Positions 11,097 through 21,982 of a DNA stretch of 64,000 nucleotides are shown piece after piece. The notes under the pieces were generated by a model. That model was not told the DNA's origin. It made no database searches and saw only the letters and a program-made list of their open reading frames with translations. Source of the DNA: Guillardia theta CCMP2712 (Eukaryota > Protista > Cryptophyta); the NCBI RefSeq assembly GCF_000315625.1, contig NW_005434584.1:196851-260850 (forward strand). The letters are read 5' to 3'. The first letter of the stretch is position 1, and each line of letters opens with the position of its first letter. The position numbers and the translations under genes are program-made.

Positions 11097-11312
11097 TGTT
11101 AGGATATGCTCCTAAACTGTGATTCAAATAACAGTGCGAGTGATGCGCAGCAGTTCCTTCAAGAAACAAACAGTATCTACGATCCGTAAACCATGCACGT
11201 GAAGTTTATTCTTTCTCAATTTTCCTTAAATATAGAGGATTAGCTAAAACCAGGAATCTGCCTCAGATACCTCAAAATAAAGTAAGTAAAGTTAGCACAA
11301 TAAATCCTATCA
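11097..11312 (-). repeat. 5' LTR (216 bp)
   Basis: TG...CA ends with imperfect 8-bp inverted termini, followed by the TSD. Confidence 0.95.
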
Positions 11313-11722
11313 GGTAGCCGAGACCAACACCGCCCGTGACGGCGGCGACGCCGCAGCAATCATTCTCGCAGAAGGTGAAAAGTGCCTCAAGCAGAACAAA
11401 GCAGGAACAAGCTAAACCTGCATGCACAGCGAGAAGCTGCACAAACACACATAAAAAAGTAATACGGTGTTGCAAGATTGCCTGGAATTCTTGGATGTAT
11501 CTCCTGCTCTTTGCTCCAATCTCCCGGAGTCCTCCTTTTGGCAATGCCGAGCGATGAGGCAGCCCTTGACGACGGTGGCCGCCCTGATTGCGCCACCCTG
11601 ATTGCGCCGCCATTGCCCCGGAAGGGCCTGAAAGTGAACGGCATGCTCCGACGCATCGTATCTTGACTAAGTTGGAACTCGCCGACCAAACGCTGCATCC
11701 TCAAGAGGCATCGAGCGCTGAG
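11313..11722. mobile_element. Continuation of scrambled RLE non-LTR fragments
   Basis: GGTAGCCGAG..CCGCCCGTGACGGCGGCGACGCCGC resumes the sequence interrupted at 8441. Another 3'-terminal segment lies at ~11368-11450, and ~11690-11722 matches ~6136-6167. Confidence 0.8.
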
Positions 11723-11789
11723 TCAGGATGCTTCTCTTCCACATGCATCTTGCCTTTTCTCATCAGGAAAAAAGTACAGCAAATATTCG

Positions 11790-12010
11790 AATTTCACGGC
11801 ACGGCATTGTCTTACTATTCCGAAGCATCGGCCAATGCCAGCGAGCCTGAATCCTATCCAACACCTTCTTCTGAATGTCCGCATGTTTGATCCCACGGAA
11901 AGTGGATGGATTATTTGGTAATGCTTGTGGATTGTAGTTTTCCCTGTCGCTTGCACAAAAATTCATTCCATGATCACGACCAGGTTTCTTCTTGAACTTA
12001 TGTCCAAACT
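11790..12010 (-). pseudogene. Possible degenerate Gypsy RNaseH-end/integrase zinc-binding fragment
   Basis: HADIQKKVLDRIQARWHWPMLRN resembles the H.G..K....I..R..WP.M integrase H2C2 pattern. Confidence 0.45.
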
Positions 12011-12096
12011 CAAAGCAATCGACTCAAGATGCGAATGCGAGAGAAAGTCCTCTCCGAGCCACCTTAAACTTAAACCGTTCAAATTTTGCCTGCAAA

Positions 12097-12201
12097 AGTA
12101 TTCATTACAGTGAGTATTCATTACCGTACAGTGAATATTCATAACAGTGAATACCCTGATAACAGTGAGTATTCATAACAGTGAGTATTCATATCAGTGA
12201 G
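12097..12201. repeat. ~16-bp degenerate minisatellite (CAGTGAGTATTCATAA), ~6 copies
   Basis: Read directly from the sequence. Confidence 0.85.
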
Positions 12202-13178
12202 CTTTGAGGGGGATTCAAATATCCTCTGTGAGGAGATAAGAAGGGGGCATGCGATTGTTTTACGGTTGCAGACTTGTACTGCGGCCAAAGTCACCGTCGG
12301 CAGATATCACATCGGACCTTAGTTGCCAGTAACTTACAAGGACAGTTTTTGCTCAAGACCGTCGGACCGAGTTTAATGTGACACCAAACTTGCCCAGAAT
12401 TGAGGAGCACATGAGAGATAGACTGTATGCTAGGATGGGAAATCTGGCAAGCATCCAGACATGTCGGAGAGGCCGCCTTGAAACACGGTACTACTACTAA
12501 AGCCGGGCTCGTCCAGTGGTTTACAGAAGAGTTGTTGTTCATCCCACTCGGCATACGATCCATCACACTGGCTTTGATGCTGTACGCTAACCGTACGCTC
12601 GTCCCCTGCCAGGCTGCCCGGCGCCGCGGCAGTGACTGAGTGCCGCTGCCGCACCCGGTGACCGTCACCGTGCCGCAGTGCCAGTGCCTGTGACGGTGAG
12701 AGTCCGAGCGGCAACTTGGCTTGAAGCAACAAGGACCCGGGCGTGACGGCCCGGTGATTAATACGGCACACGTGACAGCAGGCTCGGGACGTTAACGGGC
12801 CGGCGCCCTGACCGGGCGGGGCGAATAAACGGGCCGGCCGGATCGGATGCCGCATCATGGCAGACTCGGGTACCCGGCCCGGCTTCAACCGTTCCGCCGG
12901 CCCGGCCGCCCTGGCAACTTGGCAAGCCTGAGGTTTTCTGACTACCATGTTCCGAGTCAGAGTCAAAGGTTGACTTGAAGAAGAAGTGGAAATTTCATAT
13001 TATGCATCTGAAGTTTAAATTTCCTGAAGGTTTTCTGAAAGCCCAATGGAATCTTGAAATTTCAAATCGGCCGTTACAGGATTTGAAAATTCAAATCGAC
13101 GGACCCGCTGGGACTCGCTGCATGCAGGTACGAGCGACGGGCATGGCGAGGATGAACCACAAAGCGCTCGCCATCATA

Positions 13179-13179
<1 letters not shown>

Positions 13180-13227
<48 letters not shown>

Positions 13228-13460
13228 GATCATACTAGCTCCTCCTACATCGTTCCCAACTTCTCCTGATCAGCGAAGTTCAAGATTGTCTCCCTGCCAG
13301 CACGTGAATCAACTGACTGAATTTATGCTGCTGCTGCTGGTGGTGGTGGTGGTGATGCTGCTGCTGCTGCTGCTCTTGGCTCCTGCTCCTGCTCCTACTC
13401 CTGCTCCTGCTCCTACTCCTGCTCTTGCTCCTCCTCCTCCTCTTGCTCTTGGCTCCTGCT
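13180..13460. repeat. (GCT)n, (GGT)n and (CTCCTG)n microsatellite cluster upstream of the FHA gene
   Basis: Read directly from the sequence. Confidence 0.85.
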
Positions 13461-13908
13461 CCTTGTTTTCATTCTTCCTGATCCTCTTCTTCGTGCTCAT
13501 GCTCTTGCTCTGGCACCTCCTCTAGTCGTGATGTCTCCTCCTCCTGATTCTGCTCCTTGTTATCAAAACTCCTTCTTGCTTTGCTTGTTCTCCTCCTCCT
13601 TCTACATGTGACTTGATCCTGGGTCTCCATATTCTACTGCCCTTGTACCCCTACCTATTTCTGTTGCCTTCTGTCCATACCTCCTTATTCACCTTGACCT
13701 CTTTATTAACCTTGTCAGTTTCATCTTCGTTCCTGTCCTCTTTTATTGTTCTTGTTTCCTTCCAGTTTAGACTTGTCTCCTGTCTCTCTGCGGCTTCTTG
13801 GAGAATCTGTTGTCGCATATCTACGAAAAGAACTGCAGGATTGTTTTTAGAACTAAAGTCAAATACCAGGTTTAGAGTTTTAGATATCCGTCCCAGATCC
13901 GAGCTACC

Positions 13909-16900
13909 ATGGCCTTGAACTCGAATCAGACGTTTGGTGGGCTTTCGTTGGTAAAGAAGGACGGGTCAAAGTCACAAGTCTTTCCTCTTGTAGAACAAAG
14001 ATACATTTTTGGAAGGTAACGAGAAACACAACTGACTGCCTTTTGTGTGAGTTTCGACTGATTGTGATCAGGGCCGACCATTGTGATATTCGCATCAATC
14101 TTCTTACCGTATCAAGGGAGCATGCCGAAATATCTGTCGACAGTGATTTGCAGGTTGAAATAAACTTTTGATATCACAAATGTCTTACAAGACTTCTGTG
14201 ATATTCTCTCCACTGACGCATCTCCTGACGACGAACAGGTATGGCTCAAGGCCATGAGCACGACTTCAGAGACTGTTGTCTCCGGAAAGACCATCAAATC
14301 CAAGGTCATGTTGAAGGACAAGGACGTGATTCTGATCGGAGAACGAAAGTTTATCTTCCATTCTCGGGACTCGTCAGACAAAGTAGTTAAAGAATCGATC
14401 ATGTGTGCTTCCATATGATTCACGTGCGCAGGAGCAAGTTTCAGAGGTTGAAATCAAGCCCAAGAGAGATAAAACTCCACTGAAGGAGTGCAACCTTGTG
14501 AAGGTTCTCATAATTTTTTCATCCTTTCTTCTTGACACTGAAATTCATCGCAGCCTCGGCCTCAGCGATTCTATGCGACGCCTACCAAGGATTTCTCTAA
14601 GATGTCAGACTCCTCTCAGGACAACAGAGTGCACTGTGCTAGAGGAGAAAATTCAGCCAAGGTAAAATCTTAGGATACTTCCAGAAAGGCCTTGTTGAAT
14701 TTCTGCCACTAGGTCAACCTTCCAGCTGAATTCGTCGAAGACAAGGAAAATACCGATTCTATTCAACAGTCGTTTAGCGATGACAATGTGTCGCTGAATA
14801 CTTCGGCATCCAAATCACCTCTAGCCATTGTGAGCTCCGTATATCTAGTTTCTCAGGCTTGACCCTGGCACAGGACGCTGTAAGCTTCGAGGCGGATCAA
14901 CAGAGTATGGCCTCACCGCTCGAAGTCACGTCGAGCCAGCATTCCTTTCCTGTGCCGCAGGTTCTTGTATTTGGAAACACACAGAAGTTGGATACAGGGC
15001 TTCTACTAAACGCAAAGGACAATGGAAAAACAATTTCAGCCCCAATCATGACCCCAAAGAAGGGAGTCCTGAAAACTCCGGGGTCTGTTAGCAAACGAAG
15101 AAGTGTCTGTTTTATAGACGGAAGAAACGAGACAGCCTACCTTGCGTCAGCTTCAGATGACCTGGACTTTGTTCCTGGAATCATAAGAGTGTCATCGAAG
15201 GTCCGGCCGGAAGAGGTTGCTAATCGGAAACCTGCAACTATGATGGGAGAGGTGAACCGTAAGCGATCAGCTGTTTCAACTGAGACCTCTCCAAATCCAA
15301 GAGTGACGAAGAAAAGGAAGGTCGAGTCGACTGACCATGATCGAATCAAGTTGATCTCGAGCCCCAATCGCGGAGTACATTACATCCAGATGTGCAATGA
15401 TGGCCCGGCAATGCTCGAGATCAAAGATTTCTTTGAAACAGCGTCTGGAAAGATGTATTCTGATCTGATTGGCGTTGCGATTCAGGGATCAAAGGAAAAC
15501 AGTGAAATACAATCCAGCAAGGAAAATCTGCCTTCAGAACAAAGCAGATGGATGATTGACTTTGCAAAAACCTTCATTGGCAAACAAGCTCTGAATGACG
15601 AACAGCGTGATAGCATTTGCGATCACTTTGATGAGGCGTCTAAATTCCTTTTCAAGAAGAACATCCATCAGACCGATGCCAAAGAAAAAGATATCCTTAA
15701 AATTTGCTTCGAGAATGCAAAGCCATCAATCCCTGCCAAAACAGCAAAAAACAAAAGGAATCGTTCGACAACATTGAAAAAATGTATTACAAAAAAAAGG
15801 AAACCCATCCCTGCTGGGCCATCCCAGCCAAACAAGGAAGAAAACTCGGAAGGCCAACGAAACTCCAACAATACTCTCCGTACTAACACGACCTTTTCCG
15901 CAAACAAGCATGTCAAAGAACAAGAGGACAAACCAAACTCAAACAAAACTTTCTTTGACAACAATCAGCATAGAAAAAACAAGGAGGACGAGGCGAGCTG
16001 GGCAGAGGAGCAGTACCGGTCCATCGCGCCCCAGACGGCAGAGAAGGCCAGGAGGAGCCGCCGGTCGTCGGCGGGGGCGGGCGAGCAGGAGGCGTCCAAG
16101 GAGGAGGAGGCGAGCTGGGCAGAGGAGCAGAGCCAGTCCATCGCGCCCCAGACGGCAGAGAAGGCCAGGAGGAGCCGCCGGTCGTCGGCGGGGGCGGGCG
16201 AGCAGGAGGCGTCCAAGGAGGAGGAGGCGAGCTGGGCAGAGGAGCAGTACCGGTCCATCGCGCCCCAGACGGCAGAGAAGGCCAGGAGGAGCCGCCGGTC
16301 GTCGGCGGGGGCGGGCGAGCAGGAGGCGTCCAAGGAGGAGGAGGCGAGCTGGGCAGAGGAGCAGTACCGGTCCATCGCGCCCCAGACGGCAGAGAAGGCC
16401 AGGAGGAGCCGCCGGTCGTCGGCGGGGGCGGGCGAGCAGGAGGCGTCCAAGGAGGAGGAGGCGAGCTGGGCAGAGGAGCCGTACCGGTCCATCGCGCCCC
16501 AGACGGCAGAGAAGGCCAGGAGGAGCCGCCGGTCGTCGGCGGGGGCGGGCGAGCAGGAGGCGTCCAAGGAGGAGGAGGCGAGCTGGGCAGAGGAGCAGTA
16601 CCGGTCCATCGCGCCCCAGACGGCAGAGAAGGCCAGGAGGAGCCGCCGGTCGTCGGCGGGGGCGGGCGAGCAGGAGGCGTCCAAGGAGGAGGAGGCGAGC
16701 TGGGCAGAGGAGCAGAACCGGTCCATCGCGCCCCAGACGGCAGAGAAGGCCAGGAGGAGCCGCCGGTCGTCGGCGGGGGCGGGCGAGCAGGAGGCGTCCA
16801 AGGAGGAGGAGGCGAGCTGGGCAGAGGAGCCGAACCGGTCCATCGCGCCCCAGACGGCAGAGAAGGCCAGGAGGAGCCGCCGGTCGTCGGCGGGGGCGGG

Positions 16901-18356
16901 CGAGCAGGAGGCGTCCAAGGAGGAGGAGGCGAGCTGGGCAGAGGAGCAGTACCGGTCCATCGCGCCCCAGACGGCAGAGAAGGCCAGGAGGAGCCGCCGG
17001 TCGTCGGCGGGGGCGGGCGAGCAGGAGGCGTCCAAGGAGGAGGAGGCGAGCTGGGCAGAGGAGCCGAACCAGTCCATCGCGCCCCAGACGGCAGAGAAGG
17101 CCAGGAGGAGCCGCCGGTCTTCTGTCAAATGTCCTGTGGTCGTTGAAGTCTCTTCATCAAGCTCATGTGAAGATCAAGCTTTTGTTTGTGCATCGAAGGG
17201 CACGAAGCGTGGTGCTCGCTTGTTAGTTCTTGAGTCTCAATCTTCGGTTATGAGCTCTCGGCATCGTCGATCAACTCGGCAATCAGTTCTGCTTTCCTGC
17301 TCCTCTCCTCATGTTTCTATTGGACCTGCCTCAGAGTTTCTCATCACACCTCGCAAGGAGTTTGACTGGAGATCGGTGGGTCTTGCTTCTGTTGTTCCTC
17401 CTTACCTGGTTTTCCTCTTTTCCTGGGATCAGGCAATCCTCTTGTCCTCTGCTGTTTCACTCATTCCTTCACTCCTTCCTTCGCTTGCTTCTTCCTACAC
17501 ACAAGACTGCCATCCCTTATGCGACATAATCTTCATCTACCTCCCTACATATTTTCATTCTGTTTCTTATCTTTTTCACTAGGGCTTAGAAGACAAGCCG
17601 GCTGAAGCGAAGCGTGGAACCAGATCAAAACGCAAATTGAGTGCTGTTGAAGATGCTCCTGTCGAAGAAGAGGTGAAGGAGGTGTCTGCCAAACCCAAGA
17701 CAGGCGGGAGAAAGAAAATGGCAACGGTTGAAACCCAAGATATCCAGGAGAACCCCAGCAAGAAGACCAAGAGAACCTCTGCTGTTGTCCCTCAAGGCGT
17801 GGAGGCAGTTCCCAGCTCAACGAAAGCCAGTCGGTCAAAGAAGGCCAAGGACGTGCCCTCGGAGGACAAGGAGCAAGCAGCTCAGCCAAAGGCATCGAGG
17901 GCATCCAGGGAGCCCCGTCAGAGCAAACGGGTCAAGGAGGAATGTGCTGAGCCTATCGAGGACAAGAAGGAACAGCCTCGTGAGGTGAGAAGCAAGAAGG
18001 CAGGGAGGGAAGCCAGCGACAAGGACAAGGTTGAGGCTCCTGCTGCCCGAGTTGGTCGTCGCAAGAAGGATGTGGAAGCGAAGGAAGAGGAGGTTGCGGA
18101 GGAGAAGGAGGAGCCAAAGCGAACGTCCTCCCGCAGAACATCCGCTAAGCAGAAAAAGAATGACCAGAGCAGCTCGTCTGCCAGGGCCCAGGACGCTCCC
18201 AGCTCTGAGCCTCCTGCGACGAAGTCCAGACGGAAGACGGCTGCTGGGTCAGGAGGAGAACCTGAGGCGCCGGTCAGCAGGAGGACGAGGTGAGAAAAGA
18301 GGAAGGAGCAAACGAGAGGGACTGACTGATTGACTGACAGGTCGCGGGCCATCTAA
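13909..18356 (+). CDS. Multi-exon FHA-domain protein with Ki-67-like architecture
   Basis: Exons 13909-14015, 14072-14153 and 14239-~14382 splice (GT-AG) to MALNSNQTFGGLSLVKKDGSKSQVFPLVEQRYIFGRADHCDIRINLLTVSREHAEISVDSDLQVWLKAMSTTSETVVSGKTIKSKVMLKDKDVILIGERKFIF (FHA GR..SxxH). A large exon runs ~14873-17376, a K/R/E-rich exon 17583-~18289, and the last exon ends TAA at 18356. The small exons in 14430-14870 are only approximately resolved. Confidence 0.85.
15981..17119 (+). repeat. Coding tandem repeat, 117 bp / 39 aa, ~9.7 copies
   Basis: Unit EASWAEE(Q/P)(Y/N/S)(R/Q)SIAPQTAEKARRSRRSSAGAGEQEASKEE, in frame within ORF 14859-17582. Confidence 0.98.
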
Positions 18357-18632
18357 TGAATTTCACTCACTTTCACTAACTGAACTAACTTAGTCACCCT
18401 GATTGACATCAACTAATACATCACTACAAGATTAAGCTCTGACTTCCCAACCCCCTTCCCTCAGTATTGCCTGATTCAAGGCTAACGCGACTGAACGGCA
18501 TGGCATCGACTCTGTCTGAAGGCCTCCCGTCAGCTCCTTCCATCCTCTCGTTGACCAGCACAAGATCAAAACAGATCAGTGGTGTCAGACAAGGTTGCGA
18601 GCCGTCTTGAAGTTCGATGTCACTTCCTTACC

Positions 18633-19410
18633 ATGTGAGAGAGAGAGGAATGCGATACTACATGTGTGAGAGGAATGCGATACTACATGTGTGAGAGAGA
18701 GGAATGCGATACTACATGTGTGAGAGAGAGGAATGCGATACTACATGTGTGTGAGAGAGAGGAATGCGATACTACATGTGTGTGAGAGAGAGGAATGCGA
18801 TACTACATGTGTGTGAGAGAGGAATGCGATACTACATGTGTGTGAGAGAGAGGAATGCGATACTACATGTGTGTGAGAGAGGAATGCGATACTACATGTG
18901 TGAGAGAGAGGAATGCGATACTACATGTGTGAGAGAGAGGAATGCGATACTACATGTGAGAGAGAGAGGAATGCGATACTACATGTGTGAGAGAGAGGAA
19001 TGCGATACTACATGTGAGAGAGAGAGGAATGCGATACTACATGTGTGAGAGAGAGGAATGCGATACTACATGTGTGTGAGAGAGAGGAATGCGATACTAC
19101 ATGTGTGTGAGAGAGAGGAATGCGATACTACATGTGTGAGAGAGAGGAATGCGATACTACATGTGTGAGAGAGAGGAATGCGATACTACATGTGAGAGAG
19201 AGAGGAATGCGATACTACATGTGTGAGAGAGAGGAATGCGATACTACATGTGTGAGAGAGGAATGCGATACTACATGTGAGAGAGAGAGGAATGCGATAC
19301 TACATGTGTGAGAGAGAGGAATGCGATACTACATGTGTGTGAGAGAGGAATGCGATACTACATGTGAGAGAGAGAGGAATGCGATACTACATGTGTGAGA
19401 GAGAGGAATG
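18633..19410. repeat. Minisatellite, ~26 copies of GGAATGCGATACTACATGTG core plus variable (TG)n(AG)n linker (unit ~25-31 bp)
   Basis: Read directly from the sequence. Confidence 0.97.
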
Positions 19411-19499
19411 GGCTTTCTAGTACCATGGTGACTGAGAGAGGTTTTCTAGTAGCTGTGGAACACAGCTATATACTTTCAAATAGATGTTATGCTCGTTCA

Positions 19500-20930
19500 C
19501 GAGTTGAACGAATTCTTGAAAGATGTTCGACGCACGCTTGTATCCAAATGGCAGATTGCAATTTTGAAACTTTTGACCGAAAGGGGTCACAATTGTAAGA
19601 TATTCACAATTGCAAGATATTCACGATTGTAAGATATTCACAATTGCAAGATATTCACAATTGCAAAATATTCACAATTGCAAGATATTCACAATTGCAA
19701 GATATTCACAATTGTAAGATATTCACAATTGTAAGATATTCACGATTGCAAGATATTCACGATTGCAAGATATTCACAATTGCAAAATATTCACAGTTGC
19801 AAAATATTCACAGTTGCAAGATATTCACAATTGCAAAATATTCACGATTGCAAGATATTCACAATTGCAAGATATTCACAATTGCAAGATATTCACAATT
19901 GCAAGATATTCACGATTGCAAGATATTCACAGTTGCAAGATATTCACAATTGCAAGATATTCACAATTGTAAGATATTCACAATTGCAAGATATTCACAA
20001 TTGCAAAATATTCACAATTGCAAGATATTCACAATTGTAAGATATTCACAATTGCAAGATATTCACAATTGCAAGATATTCACGATTGCAAGATATTCAC
20101 GATTGCAAGATATTCACAGTTGTAAGATATTCACAATTGTAAGATATTCACGATTGTAAGATATTCACGATTGTAAGATATTCACAGTTGTAAGATATTC
20201 ACAATTGTAAGATATTCGCGATGCTCAGCTTTCACGGGAATCTGCAAGAAACCTTTGAGGAAATCAAATGCAGACAGCAAAAGGTGTTTGCCAGACTTGC
20301 GACTCAATTTCGCTTGCCGAATGATGTCAGTGACATGTTCCAACATCTCGTCCGTGGTCGGCAGTGCATAGTCGATAAATGGTACGGTCTGCGACTGGAC
20401 GAGGGTCATTCTTGCGACGAGAGGAAAGATTTGGAAATTCAAAGGGACTTGTACAAGGCTCGATGATGTTGCGAGACAAGAGGAACTCGAGCTTGTCGCG
20501 AAGCTCCTGCTCAAGGAATCTGAAGATGGCACGCGGTAGGGACGAAGGCAAACCGGAGTTGTACCTTGAGGGATGGGAATTTCTGCTTCAAATTCACGAT
20601 GAATGCTGTAATCCTCGGGGAGGTCATCGACGAGAACATCTGCGAACTCAGGTTTAAGCTGCTGGATTACACTGTCGAGCTGACTGAGCTGGCGTGCCCG
20701 GAGGCATCAGAATGAGCTTCGAGTGCACTGGAAATGACGTTGACAAGATGACGTTGGCTGGATCCAACAAAGATTCCATTCATCTTCAGGATTGCTTGCC
20801 TGATCTGCATATACGTCTGTTAAAGACATGATATGAACGATGCGAACTTCAGCCGCTTGCGCTGCATTGGGGAGCTGATAAGACTTGGGCAAACAAATAA
20901 GTTGCGAGTATCGAACATACAGATGCATCT
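19500..20930 (-). mobile_element. Second, degenerate Gypsy pol (pre-RT + RT) remnant interrupted by a 17-bp array
   Basis: Across frameshifts it reads EFADVLVDDLP, LEQELRDKLEFLLSRNIIEPCTSPF and LSAFDFLKGFLQIPVKAEHREYLTIV, then beyond the array TPFGQKFQNCNLPFGYKRASNIFQEFV. It is colinear with pol at 3333-4667. Confidence 0.88.
19587..20217. repeat. 17-bp tandem array (TCACAATTG(T/C)AAGATAT), ~37 copies
   Basis: Read directly from the sequence; 631 bp. Confidence 0.98.
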
Positions 20931-21013
20931 CGAATTGAATCAAATCAAATCAGTAATGAGATCCTGCAGGCAACGTAGAGATGGTCGAACATACCAAAGA
21001 AAGAAAGAAAGAA

Positions 21014-21297
<284 letters not shown>

Positions 21298-21619
21298 CTC
21301 AACGGAAAAGGGGGGCCTCCAGACGACTACTTCGCCCGCGTCGTCGACTCTGCTCGAGCCCTATTCCTGATTGGCGGTAGTGCCTGACGCACCTGGCGTC
21401 AGAGCAGCTGCAACAAGCTCTGCTGTGCGAGTAGCTTGTGTTTCCATGGAGGTACGGAGTTCATCGAGGACATTTTGTCCTTCCCCTGCTTCCTCCGCTA
21501 TGTCCAATTGCTGTCTGGTTGAGTTCATCTTGATGAATCAATGTCTCCTCGGCATTCATACGTTCTTTGCCGACTTTGAGTGCGACCGCCACGATTCCCT
21601 GCAGGCGGAAATCTTTGCT

Positions 21620-21865
21620 ATTGAAACTGAACCTTTGAGGATTGAAACTGAACCTTTGAGGATTGAAACTGAACCTTTGAGGATTGAAACTGAACCTTTG
21701 AGGATTGAAACTGAACCTTTGAGGATTGAAACTGAACCTTTGAGGATTGAAACTGAACCTTTGAGGATTGAAACTGAACCTTTGAGGATTGAAACTGAAC
21801 CTTTGAGGATTGAAACTGAACCTTTGAGGATTGAAACTGAACCTTTGAGGATTGAAACTGAACCT
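21620..21865. repeat. Perfect 21-bp tandem array (ATTGAAACTGAACCTTTGAGG), 11.7 copies
   Basis: Read directly from the sequence; translates as IETEPLR repeats. Confidence 0.98.
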
Positions 21866-21982
21866 GAAGCTTGCTACCAGATGTTGTACACAACCTTCGA
21901 GAATGAGATCACTGCTGCATTCACTACAACACAACGAGCACGACAGACTACTAGCACAGAGCCGACAGCTGTCGGCTAGGAC

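Larger units (their letters stand above)
8442..11312 (-). mobile_element. Internally deleted chromovirus (Ty3/Gypsy) with both LTRs and 5-bp TSD
   Basis: Two LTRs run TG...CA (TGTTAGGA...TCCTATCA). TSD GGTAG sits at 8437-8441 and 11313-11317. The internal region has gag-like ORFs directly followed by integrase-chromodomain, with no PR, RT or RH. Confidence 0.96.

Noticed and set aside
15910-17226. Long overlapping ORFs (438 aa in another + frame; 387 aa antisense)
   Set aside because: By-product of a GC-rich 117-bp repeat lacking stops. The ORFs end at the array edges.
18633-19410. CRISPR-like constant repeat with variable spacers
   Set aside because: The spacers are only (TG)n(AG)n length variants, not unique sequences. 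There are no cas genes and the context is eukaryotic.
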